A stretch of DNA of 24,000 bases from Candidatus Heimdallarchaeota archaeon (GCA_019057815.1 JAHLWR010000002.1:158762-182761); one strand, 5' to 3'; counted from the stretch's first letter, positions 1-10,190 are shown. Notes: a model not told the origin generated them from the letters alone. Numbers and translations: made by a program.

Positions 1-288
1 TACTGAGCGGATTTTAGCAGATAATATAGATCTAGCAATTTCATCAAGACTTACATCCCTTCTAATAGTCGGAACACGGATAATAAAATTTGAAACTCTT
101 GAATCTGGTTTAATTTTAGATTGTCGAGTTAAGTGTCTCTGAGTTAGATAACCGAGAAGAACTTCTCTTTCTTCAAAAACTAAAATTTCTCTAATTTTAC
201 CCTTGAATTTTTCAATTGCTTTAGAAATAGTTTCATCAGCATTTACAGATACAAAGTCAGAAATAATAGAAAAATCTTCATTATTCAT
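1..288 (-). CDS. CBS-domain-like protein, N-terminal part (gene runs off the left window edge)
   Basis: Not in the ORF track. Hand translation of the minus strand from ATG at 288 gives MNNEDFSIISDFVSVNADETISKAIEKFKGKIREILVFEEREVLLGYLTQRHLTRQSKIKPDS..., open for 96 codons to base 1. The pattern (V..DETISKAIEKF, ILVFEE.EVLLGYLTQRHL) resembles a CBS motif. Confidence 0.45.
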   Translation of the reverse strand, partial: MNNEDFSIISDFVSVNADETISKAIEKFKGKIREILVFEEREVLLGYLTQRHLTRQSKIKPDSRVSNFIIRVPTIRRDVSLDEIARSILSAKIRSV

Positions 289-455
289 AATTAAACTTAC
301 GTTTATGGGTTTATAGATTTGTCTCTTTATACACGATTATCACAACAAAGAGTAATTACAAAAAGATGAATTTGAGAGCGATGAAACTAAAACAATTTTA
401 CATGTAAAAATTATTGTAACAATTTCTAAAAATATATATGAAAAGAAAAGAGAGT

Positions 456-1043
456 TTACTTATAGAATGCTTTTCTAAACTTCATTAAATCATGGCTGTA
501 CTGAATGGATAATCGCGCTGCATGATGAAAGAGAAGTTCTACATTATATGAAGATAAAGCAGAAGTTTCAATATAATCATAGTGATGAAGACGACAATAC
601 TCTATAATCTCTTCCCTATTGACAGCACGAGCTTCCTTAAGATCATATTTGTTTCCTGCTATAACAACTGGAATATCAGAACATTTTGATGATACTTCAT
701 TTGCCCAAGCTTCTATTTCGTCGAAGGAACTCATATTGGTAACATCATAAACTATTATTGCGCAACTAGCTCCCTCATAATATTTTGGTCTGAGATATGT
801 AAACATCTCTTGACCACCTGTATCCCAGATTGAGAGTCTAGCTGAAATTGGGTCATTTACCAACTTCTTTGAAAGATTTTCATTCATTAGTTCGGTTGGC
901 AAGTCAACAGTTTTTGTCAACCAACTCACTCCTAAAGTTGGTATGTAACTATGGACAAATGTATCCAATGTGAATCTTCTTGCTAGTGATGTTTTTCCAA
1001 CAAATGCCGAACCAACACATATTATTTTTTGTAGTTGATGCAC
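456..1043 (-). CDS. Eukaryote-type small GTPase (Rab/Ras-like, Asgard-type)
   Basis: G1 GSAFVGKT, switch-I Thr in YIPTLGV, G3 WDTGGQE, G4 GNKYD, G5 ETSAL. GTG start at 1043 lies 4 nt after a GGTGA SD that overlaps the stop of the upstream ORF. No C-terminal Cys/CAAX (ends KFRKAFYK). Confidence 0.88.
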   Translation of the reverse strand: MHQLQKIICVGSAFVGKTSLARRFTLDTFVHSYIPTLGVSWLTKTVDLPTELMNENLSKKLVNDPISARLSIWDTGGQEMFTYLRPKYYEGASCAIIVYDVTNMSSFDEIEAWANEVSSKCSDIPVVIAGNKYDLKEARAVNREEIIEYCRLHHYDYIETSALSSYNVELLFHHAARLSIQYSHDLMKFRKAFYK

Positions 1044-1047
1044 TTTT

Positions 1048-1052
1048 TCACC
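1048..1052 (-). promoter_or_regulatory. Shine-Dalgarno GGTGA for the GTPase gene, overlapping the upstream stop codon (translational coupling)
   Basis: Minus strand reads tgg cgg TGA aaaa GTG. GGTGA matches the canonical archaeal/bacterial anti-SD complement. Confidence 0.6.
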
Positions 1053-1902
1053 GCCATGTTATTATTAAAATACTTTTAATTAAATCTAAGCTTTTGAGCC
1101 TTTGCCATTCTGTTCGAATGGCTGTTGAGAGATTGTTCACTGCAACATGCCTATAGTTATCGATTCCTATCATTTCTATTATATATTCAACAAAGAACTG
1201 CAAAAGCTGTAAGAGCTCGTTCTTGATTTGTATTGTAATTCCGCATATGTTATCAACCTTCTTAATATTGAAACAATTATCATCATTTATGTCATAAATA
1301 TTTTTCAAACAGTCTGTATCAGTTGTCAGATATTCCTTAAAGATTCCAGGAATAGTATTAAGAAGAGCTTTTACTTTTAAATCCTCACTTGATTCACCAA
1401 AACCTCTAATCCCATCCCAAACCGAATTAAACACATTTTCAAAAACTTCAACCATATTTCTTTTATCAACATCATCGATGTGTGAATTTAATACATTCCA
1501 CAATAAAAATGAATGAGTTAGTGATTCTGAGACTTTTCGCCTATAGGATCCCTCTAATTCATTCAATAGATCCCTAGCTGATTGAGTATCGCGAATATCA
1601 AACGCGTTTAGAAATAATTTCATATAGAAAAACAATTGTGATGTTATCATTTCTTCTGAATATGTAACAGGGTTTACAAGAATAAATAGAAAAGAAAATT
1701 TGCTTAAAAAAACAATTTTAGCTTCGTTTAAATGAATGGTTTGAACTCCATTAAATAAATCACTTCCCTCAACGTTACTATAGAAAGAAAGAATCATGTC
1801 TATATTGTTATCAACATCTTCATCAGAAAAACCTTCAACTTGCAAAGGTTTGCAGAAAAGAACGTCGTATGTATCTTTGTTGACAATATAGAAACCTTTC
1901 AT
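1048..1902 (-). CDS. Uncharacterised protein with longin-like N-terminal domain and helical C-terminal domain; candidate partner/regulator of the adjacent GTPase
   Basis: 284-aa ORF. ATG at 1902 is preceded by GGTGAT SD (+ coords 1911-1916, 8-nt spacer). The stop overlaps the SD of the downstream GTPase. The N-terminal ~110 aa show a b-b-a-b-b-b-a hydrophobic periodicity. The fold assignment is inference only. Confidence 0.6.
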   Translation of the reverse strand: MKGFYIVNKDTYDVLFCKPLQVEGFSDEDVDNNIDMILSFYSNVEGSDLFNGVQTIHLNEAKIVFLSKFSFLFILVNPVTYSEEMITSQLFFYMKLFLNAFDIRDTQSARDLLNELEGSYRRKVSESLTHSFLLWNVLNSHIDDVDKRNMVEVFENVFNSVWDGIRGFGESSEDLKVKALLNTIPGIFKEYLTTDTDCLKNIYDINDDNCFNIKKVDNICGITIQIKNELLQLLQFFVEYIIEMIGIDNYRHVAVNNLSTAIRTEWQRLKSLDLIKSILIITWR

Positions 1903-2010
1903 TGTATCTAATCACCAGATATCTATTAATGAAATAATAAAAAATCATTTAAAAGATTATCCGCAGTTGCAATAACAAAAGAAAAGCAGGTAGAATGTAA
2001 CCTAAAGTTT

Positions 2011-4197
<2,187 letters not shown>

Positions 4198-4365
4198 TTA
4201 CGATTCCTCAACAAGCTATAGCCATTTAATTACTTCAATTTTTGATAAATATCTATCTTTATAATGGTTTGTTTTCTAACCTATTTTCATTTATCAAATG
4301 TAGAATTTAGTATTTAATCCCGTGTAAAAATTAATTAAATGAGATAAAAAGTAAAAGGAAAGAAC

Positions 4366-5289
4366 TTAAAATCGGAAAGTTAGCTTTAGTGCTCCTTCAT
4401 CACACGCTTCTACGCACTCTAAACAATTTATACACATCTTGTTTTTGATATTTTTGTCATAGGATAATATCGGAACTTGCATTGGACAGGCTTGCTCACA
4501 TTTATTGCAACCACTAACGCACCGATTGGGATTCCTCTGTATTCCTAGTAAACTATGTTTGCTAAAGAAACCTAATATTGCGCCAGTTGGGCAAATCCAT
4601 CTACAATAGGCTCTTGGATAAATTGCTATTAGTATTAATACTATTACAAAGATAATAAGTCGAAGAATAAACATGAATCTCCATTGTCCTATTTCTGCAC
4701 CAAATGAATCCGTTACAAGTCCCCATTTTAAATAATAGTATAAAGAAGCAAATAATGTAGAAGAAGGATCAAGAGTACTAAAAGGCATATCCTTTCCTGC
4801 ACCAAATGCAAGTTTGTTAATTTCACCTCTATTATATGTTATACCTATGATAGCAGCCATTGCGATCACAAATCCCGCAATAACAATAGCTATTTTACCT
4901 AAACTTACATTTGTTGGTTTTGAAACCTTCTTTTTCTTAGTGGGAATATAGCTAACCAAATCTTGAACTAAACCAAATGGACATGCCCAACCACATGTAG
5001 TTTTACCAACAACTGCTCCAAATAAAACGAATATGGAGATAGCTAGATAGGGAAAAACCCAGAAAGACAGTGCATATTGCAAGGCTTCAAAAGCATTCCA
5101 TACCGTGGAAAAAGCAGCACCAGTTGGGTATTCAATCGGGAGTAAAATTGGAAGACGGGGTAATCCAAACATAAGACCATTTAATAATCCAAAAATTACT
5201 AACTGTACAATAGTTCTAATTATTCGAATCTTACGATTAAGCACAGGGCGTAAAAATGCCGAAAGATTAAGTTTTTGTGACGTTGCCAT
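4366..5289 (-). CDS. Membrane-bound 4Fe-4S polyferredoxin, NapH/MauN/FixG-like
   Basis: Several hydrophobic helices. Two CxxCP motifs typical of NapH-like proteins (CGWACPFG, CRWICPTG). Two C-terminal ferredoxin-type clusters (CVSGCNKCEQACP, CINCLECVEACD). Confidence 0.78.
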   Translation of the reverse strand: MATSQKLNLSAFLRPVLNRKIRIIRTIVQLVIFGLLNGLMFGLPRLPILLPIEYPTGAAFSTVWNAFEALQYALSFWVFPYLAISIFVLFGAVVGKTTCGWACPFGLVQDLVSYIPTKKKKVSKPTNVSLGKIAIVIAGFVIAMAAIIGITYNRGEINKLAFGAGKDMPFSTLDPSSTLFASLYYYLKWGLVTDSFGAEIGQWRFMFILRLIIFVIVLILIAIYPRAYCRWICPTGAILGFFSKHSLLGIQRNPNRCVSGCNKCEQACPMQVPILSYDKNIKNKMCINCLECVEACDEGALKLTFRF

Positions 5290-5310
5290 ATATTATCCCT
5301 TTCCTTTTTA

Positions 5311-5511
5311 TTACGACCACGGATGTGGGAAACCATTAAGATAAGCACTTAGAAAATCTTTTACTGACTTATCATTAAAATCGCTAATCAGCTCGTACAT
5401 ACCCATTTGTTCAGGTACAACTATTGCTATAATTAAGAATATTATTCCTATTGAAAGAAAAAATAACAAATTGATTCGACTTCTTGCACTCATTGTAACT
5501 AAAGACTTCAA
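5311..5511 (-). CDS. Possible small single-pass membrane protein upstream of the NapH-like gene
   Basis: 66-aa ORF with TTG start at 5511 (an ATG at 5493 gives MSARSR...). One clear TM helix, INLLFFLSIGIIFLIIAIVV. It ends 21 nt before the NapH-like start. No homology recognised. Confidence 0.3.
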   Translation of the reverse strand: MKSLVTMSARSRINLLFFLSIGIIFLIIAIVVPEQMGMYELISDFNDKSVKDFLSAYLNGFPHPWS

Positions 5512-5682
5512 AAAACAAATGTCATTAAAAATGTTGTCTTTAGTAGGTCATCGTTCAGTCATTAAAGACTCTTACAAAAAAAAGAGTTTTTAACACACAC
5601 CTTTTGAGGAAAAGAGAAAGGAATTTTGGATATTTCAAGCTAAATGGTAAAACATTTATAGAACATTTTTTGCTATTCAACC

Positions 5683-5949
5683 ATGGGATCAAATGACACA
5701 TGGAAAATAGCTCCTTTAACCTCATGCATTCTAGAAATTTTAGAAAAAAGAGGTGGAGTTATTCTTGAGAATGATCTTGATAACCCTTTAAGAGAAATAT
5801 ATGGTGATTTTTCAATAACAGAGATTAATAGAGCATTAATGAGTCTTGAGAATCAAGGATTAGTACATGTTAGTTGGGTTTCGAAGACTCGCCGTAGAAT
5901 ACAGAAAATGACACAAGACATGGTAATAATGGGAGTCGAAGAAGACTAA
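5683..5949 (+). CDS. Small winged-helix-like putative DNA-binding protein
   Basis: 88 aa. ILEILEKRGGVILENDL ... ITEINRALMSLENQGLVHVSWVSKTRRRI resembles a wHTH recognition helix plus wing. Divergent from the upstream operon. Weak, pattern-based call. Confidence 0.45.
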   Translation: MGSNDTWKIAPLTSCILEILEKRGGVILENDLDNPLREIYGDFSITEINRALMSLENQGLVHVSWVSKTRRRIQKMTQDMVIMGVEED

Positions 5950-5960
5950 TTTTTTCCCTA

Positions 5961-7211
5961 TCAACAGCGATTAATGAATACAACAAGTTTTCTAGAAATA
6001 ACATTATGTTTTCTTCCAATGTCAAGTGGTAAAACAACATTGAAAAATTTTGACTGTTTCATTGATGTAAGACCAGATAATTTCTCAATTTTTATAATGT
6101 TAGGTGTAAGAATATTATCTTTTGAGTAGTTGTATGCTGGAAAGATTATGACGACTCTACCCTCTTTTTTGAGTAGTTTTTTACAGTTCATCAAAACTTT
6201 TGTGTACAACGTTTCTAAACTTTTCATGGTTTCTTTTCCTTCGTCTAACTCTGGAAGTTGTTTTAAAAACGGACCTAAATAAGGTTCAGTAATTACTGCA
6301 TCAATTTCAGTCTTAATAATTTGGTTTAATTGCCTTGAATCATATTTATACATATTCCACTTAAGCTCTTTCTTTTTTATTATAGAAGTACTTTTACAAA
6401 AATAGGTTAAATTTTCTTTTGATGCTCTCACGCATCTAGGGTCATTATCAATCCCTGCAACATTTACTGATTGCCTAAGCCCACACTGCAAAACAGTTCC
6501 TGTCCCAGCAAAAGGGTCGAGTAACCAACCATTCTTAGGAATTTTTGCAATATTAATCAGTGTTCGAGTCATTTTAAATGATAAACCATGAGTAAATAAT
6601 CTTATTGGGCGTTTTTCATCATCTTCTATATCAATAAAGGGATTCGTCACCCACAGAGTGAAACCGAAATAGATTTTAGATTTAATAACAAAACAATTCA
6701 GCTCTATTCCCCTTTTAATCATATTATTTTTGTGATATTCATAAGGGGAAAGCTCCATTGTTATTCTTTTTGAAGGCAGCATTTTTACTTTAAATTGATA
6801 ATCGTAAGCTAACTTTTTTATTGCTGACCTAAGCTGTGACCCTATTTTTGCTGTTGTATCTTTAGAATTAGTTTGTATATTTAAAGAAAATTTGATTTGT
6901 TTGTTTATGTCTATTTTCAAATTTTGAATACATTGAAAGATATGTTTTGAAAATAACTCAAGCATATTAGTATCTGGTGTGTAAGTTTTTTCAAACAGTA
7001 TTTTCCCCACTTTAACAATACTACCAGTGTGTGACAATTTTTGTGTAAATTTGTTAAAAATAGGTTTATCTATATCTAAGAAGATATGCTCTTTCCATTC
7101 AACATAACTGACCTTACTGAATTCAATTTTCTCTAACACTGATGACAAATCCAATTTTGAGAGATTTTTATTGAAACCTAGTTTCACAAAAGTGGTATAC
7201 TTTGATGACAT
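5961..7211 (-). CDS. SAM-dependent methyltransferase, Trm11/Trm-G10-like (N2-guanine/N6-adenine class)
   Basis: Motif I LLDPFAGTGTVL, motif II/III GIDNDPRCV, and a motif IV variant DAVITEPYLG in place of (D/N)PPY. The long N-terminal domain could be THUMP-like but I do not recognise it with confidence. Confidence 0.65.
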   Translation of the reverse strand: MSSKYTTFVKLGFNKNLSKLDLSSVLEKIEFSKVSYVEWKEHIFLDIDKPIFNKFTQKLSHTGSIVKVGKILFEKTYTPDTNMLELFSKHIFQCIQNLKIDINKQIKFSLNIQTNSKDTTAKIGSQLRSAIKKLAYDYQFKVKMLPSKRITMELSPYEYHKNNMIKRGIELNCFVIKSKIYFGFTLWVTNPFIDIEDDEKRPIRLFTHGLSFKMTRTLINIAKIPKNGWLLDPFAGTGTVLQCGLRQSVNVAGIDNDPRCVRASKENLTYFCKSTSIIKKKELKWNMYKYDSRQLNQIIKTEIDAVITEPYLGPFLKQLPELDEGKETMKSLETLYTKVLMNCKKLLKKEGRVVIIFPAYNYSKDNILTPNIIKIEKLSGLTSMKQSKFFNVVLPLDIGRKHNVISRKLVVFINRC

Positions 7212-7217
7212 TTTGTA

Positions 7218-8267
7218 TCAACCAAAAAAAGCGTCAAGTCGTTTTTGTCTCAGAGAAGTATCTTGTCCCTTTTTTGCTTTTTTAAGCGTATTTTCAACCC
7301 TATCTTTGCTGAAACCACGCTCATTACAAAGGAAGTCAACAACACCTTCAATATCTAAGGGCTTGAATTTGATGTTATATTCGTTAGATATAACGGGGTT
7401 AAGAAAAATATCTCTTATAGCTTCATAGTCAGCATCTATGACAATTTCCTCATTTTCAACAACCATTTCGAGGTTTCCATGTTTTGTGATATATTTATAA
7501 GCTGTTTTAGGACCAATACCTTTGATACCATCTGGATTGAAATCGGTACCTATCAATATAGACATATCTACCAGTTGTTCTCTTGATAAATCGAGAGTTT
7601 TTAACAGTTCTTTTAGGTTGTACGTTTCAACATTTATGTTAATATACCTATTAGAGTGAGGTAATTTTCTTTTTCCTGAAAGAGTAAGGTTTCTAACCAT
7701 TATAGGAGAACCAAATAAGATACTGTCATAATCTTGAGATGCAACTGCCCAAACTTTTCCCTTTTTAACAAGATGAGCTGCTTGAGCTTCTCCTTCTTGT
7801 TCAGCTTCTACAACGGGAATACCCATAAGATCAAGTAATCGTTTACTATCCTCAACCATTGATTCTGTTAATTTACTTGTTCTTTGAGCTACAATCCTTG
7901 CACGTACTAAATCTCCTTTTTCGAGAGCTTCCTCTAGTTCTTCACGAGCTTTCTTTTTAGCTTCTGCTCTTCTTCTTAACTCCTTTCGCTTCATTAATGA
8001 AGGGGTTCCATCAAACACATAAACTAATTGGATACCCTTTTCCAATAATCTAGCATTTCTGTAGAGCAATCCTGTCAAATGACTAGTCACTATTCCTTCT
8101 TTATCAGTAAGAAGAGAACCATCATAACCACGTATTGATGCAAGAAATTGGTAAATTATATTATAAGCATCAACTGCAAGTTTTTTTTGACTTAATTCAT
8201 TAAGATTGATGGGTGTCCCCTTAAACAAATCGCTGATATTCTTTACACCCAAGAATTGCCACCACAT
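7218..8267 (-). CDS. fen: Flap endonuclease 1 (FEN1)
   Basis: XPG-N/XPG-I pattern (LAVDAYNIIYQFL, VYVFDG, EGEAQAAHL, SQDYDSILFG, GTDFNP.GIKGIGPKTA). C-terminal PIP box QKRLDAFFG. The probable true start is TTG at 8252, giving the canonical MGVKNISDLF, preceded by GGTGG with a 6-nt spacer. Confidence 0.93.
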   Translation of the reverse strand: MWWQFLGVKNISDLFKGTPINLNELSQKKLAVDAYNIIYQFLASIRGYDGSLLTDKEGIVTSHLTGLLYRNARLLEKGIQLVYVFDGTPSLMKRKELRRRAEAKKKAREELEEALEKGDLVRARIVAQRTSKLTESMVEDSKRLLDLMGIPVVEAEQEGEAQAAHLVKKGKVWAVASQDYDSILFGSPIMVRNLTLSGKRKLPHSNRYININVETYNLKELLKTLDLSREQLVDMSILIGTDFNPDGIKGIGPKTAYKYITKHGNLEMVVENEEIVIDADYEAIRDIFLNPVISNEYNIKFKPLDIEGVVDFLCNERGFSKDRVENTLKKAKKGQDTSLRQKRLDAFFG

Positions 8268-8330
8268 TCGGTTAGAAGTTGTAATTTTTTAAAGTTTGTT
8301 CAAGAGAATAAAACAACTCAATGATGGATT

Positions 8331-9020
8331 TCAGCCATATTTTCCCGTTAATGGAACAAACGCCACTCCACCTAGATTTCTTTTAGAAAGATTACCATTT
8401 TCATCTTTTGTTATTAATACTAATTCTTGATATAACATTTTGTTAACAGGAATAACTAAACGTCCATTGATAGCCATTTGTTCTTGCAGAGGAGGAGGTA
8501 TCAATTTACTTGCAGCAGCTACAGAAATTATGTCAAATGGAGCTTTTTCTGGATAGCCTTTTCCTCCATCGCTTTCTAATATTGTCACACGATCAGCGAA
8601 TCCTGATCTTTCGATATTATCCTTTGCAAATGTAGCTAATTCAGGAATAATTTCAATTGCATATATATGACCTGGATTTTCTACCCCCTCTGGTGCAACC
8701 ATTTCAGCAAAAATAGCTGCGTTATATCCACTACCTGCACCAATTTCAAGTACTGTCTCTCCAACTTGAGGGTCAGTACAAGAAGGAGAAACGTATATCA
8801 TCACCATATGAATTGCACTAATTGTTTGCCCAGCTTGTATTGGTAAAGGGGTATCAATATATGCACGATTTTTATATTTAGGTAAAACAAATTCTTCTCT
8901 AGGCACATTTAGAAATGCCTTCTTCATCCTTTCTGTTATCTTAATATTATGAAATCGTAATTTAGATAATACATTTAATTTTTCCCGAAGAAGTTCACCA
9001 TCAGGTTTCATTTGATACAT
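8331..9020 (-). CDS. pcm: Protein-L-isoaspartate O-methyltransferase
   Basis: 229 aa. PREEFV, IQAGQTISAIHMV, SAM motif VLEIGAGSGYNAAIFAEMV, and C-terminal LVIPV..QEL....K. Confidence 0.9.
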   Translation of the reverse strand: MYQMKPDGELLREKLNVLSKLRFHNIKITERMKKAFLNVPREEFVLPKYKNRAYIDTPLPIQAGQTISAIHMVMIYVSPSCTDPQVGETVLEIGAGSGYNAAIFAEMVAPEGVENPGHIYAIEIIPELATFAKDNIERSGFADRVTILESDGGKGYPEKAPFDIISVAAASKLIPPPLQEQMAINGRLVIPVNKMLYQELVLITKDENGNLSKRNLGGVAFVPLTGKYG

Positions 9021-9111
9021 ACCTAGATTAGACTCAACATCTTATGTTTTTAATTTTATGCAAAAGTCTCGAAGGAATAATGTAAACTTGAATAGTTACA
9101 ACTTTGTTGTT

Positions 9112-9134
9112 GAAACCTTTTGTTAAAAGGTTTC
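9112..9134. promoter_or_regulatory. Perfect 10-bp-stem palindrome in a divergent promoter region (candidate operator)
   Basis: gaaacctttt-gtt-aaaaggtttc. It lies 92 nt upstream of pcm (minus) and 125 nt upstream of the Roadblock gene (plus). ttaaaagg is repeated again at 9136-9143. Confidence 0.35.
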
Positions 9135-9243
9135 CTTAAAAGGATTGAGAATAACATATTCTTTAAAAATAGGTTAATAATACGTACACTATAATTTAAT
9201 TTAAATATGAAAGGCTAATTATTAGATTGAGTACTAATCATGC

Positions 9244-9249
9244 GAGGAG
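9244..9249 (+). promoter_or_regulatory. Shine-Dalgarno GAGGAG for the Roadblock gene
   Basis: GAGGAG lies 9 nt upstream of ATG 9259. Confidence 0.5.
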
Positions 9250-9258
9250 TAACCCTTT

Positions 9259-9558
9259 ATGATTTCACAAAAACAATTTGAAGAAACCCTTAAAAAATTG
9301 GAAACACATCCTGGCGTAAGAGGCGTCATAATCACAAGTAATGATGGTTTACCTATATCAAGTACAAAGAATTTATCTATGGAAATGAGGGAAAACGTTT
9401 CTGCCTTAGTAGCTTCTTTAGTTGGTAGAGCAAAAGCAGTTGTAACCGAATTAAGAGAAGGGGAATTGAATTTTTTCACGTTAGACACCAGCAAAGGTGA
9501 AATACTAGTAGCACCTGAAAACGATTATATTTTAATCGTATTAAGAGTCAAAAGCTAA
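9259..9558 (+). CDS. Roadblock/LC7 (MglB-like) domain protein
   Basis: 99 aa. [19 protein letters not shown] ... [10 protein letters not shown] ... [24 protein letters not shown] is the typical Roadblock/LC7 pattern. Confidence 0.87.
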   Translation: MISQKQFEETLKKLETHPGVRGVIITSNDGLPISSTKNLSMEMRENVSALVASLVGRAKAVVTELREGELNFFTLDTSKGEILVAPENDYILIVLRVKS

Positions 9559-9586
9559 TACCAAAGCAAATTATTGAGGATAGAAG

Positions 9587-10153
9587 ATGAGAAAAGACGC
9601 ATCTGGAAAAATGCACTTTAAGCTGGTTTTTGTCGGACCAAGTATGGCTGGCAAAACAACATTTCTTAAAAAACTTCATACAGATGTAACTGGAATTAAA
9701 AAAGGAGGATTGAACAGTATCGAAGATCCTTCTGGACGAACGATTTATTTTGACTTTAGCCCGTTCATGGCAACATCAAATGTTATTCTAGATATATATA
9801 CGGTAGCAGGTCAAAGAAGACATAGGCATCAGAGATCTTTGGTATTAAAAGGAGTAGATGGATTGCTTTTTGTGGCAGATTCATCAAGAGATTTATTAGC
9901 AGATAACGTTGAATCAGCAGAAGAATTGAAAAAAGAATTAGGAGACAAAATCATAACTGAAATTCCTATAGTTTTATCTTTGAATAAAAGAGATGTTCCA
10001 GATGCCATGGATAAAAGAGAGTTAATAGATGCATTAGATTTGGGTGATGGTATTCCTGTTTTTGAGACAATCGCAATAGAAGGAATAGGAGTTAAACGAG
10101 CCTTTCAATCCTTAGCACGAGATGTTATGTTAAAAAAGTTATATCAAATTTAA
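9587..10153 (+). CDS. MglA-type small GTPase
   Basis: G1 GPSMAGKTT. G3 is the MglA-specific TxxGQ form (IYTVAGQ) followed by LVLKGVDGLLFVADS. G4 LNKRD. GAGGA SD at 9576-9580. Only 28 nt downstream of the Roadblock gene. Confidence 0.85.
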   Translation: MRKDASGKMHFKLVFVGPSMAGKTTFLKKLHTDVTGIKKGGLNSIEDPSGRTIYFDFSPFMATSNVILDIYTVAGQRRHRHQRSLVLKGVDGLLFVADSSRDLLADNVESAEELKKELGDKIITEIPIVLSLNKRDVPDAMDKRELIDALDLGDGIPVFETIAIEGIGVKRAFQSLARDVMLKKLYQI

Positions 10154-10190
10154 ATTGTCTTTCTCTTTTACATTGAAAGTGGGTAGAATA

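Noticed and set aside
5105-5344. Short antisense or edge-spanning ORFs: 5105-5344, 7171-7428, 9234-9494, 14986-15174, 15380-15598, 15439-15630, 16082-16369, 22237-22470, 23124-23342, 23433-23675
   Set aside because: All overlap well-supported genes on the opposite strand, several use TTG/GTG starts, and none has a recognisable domain. The 23433-23675 ORF is antisense to the conserved CinA N-terminus.
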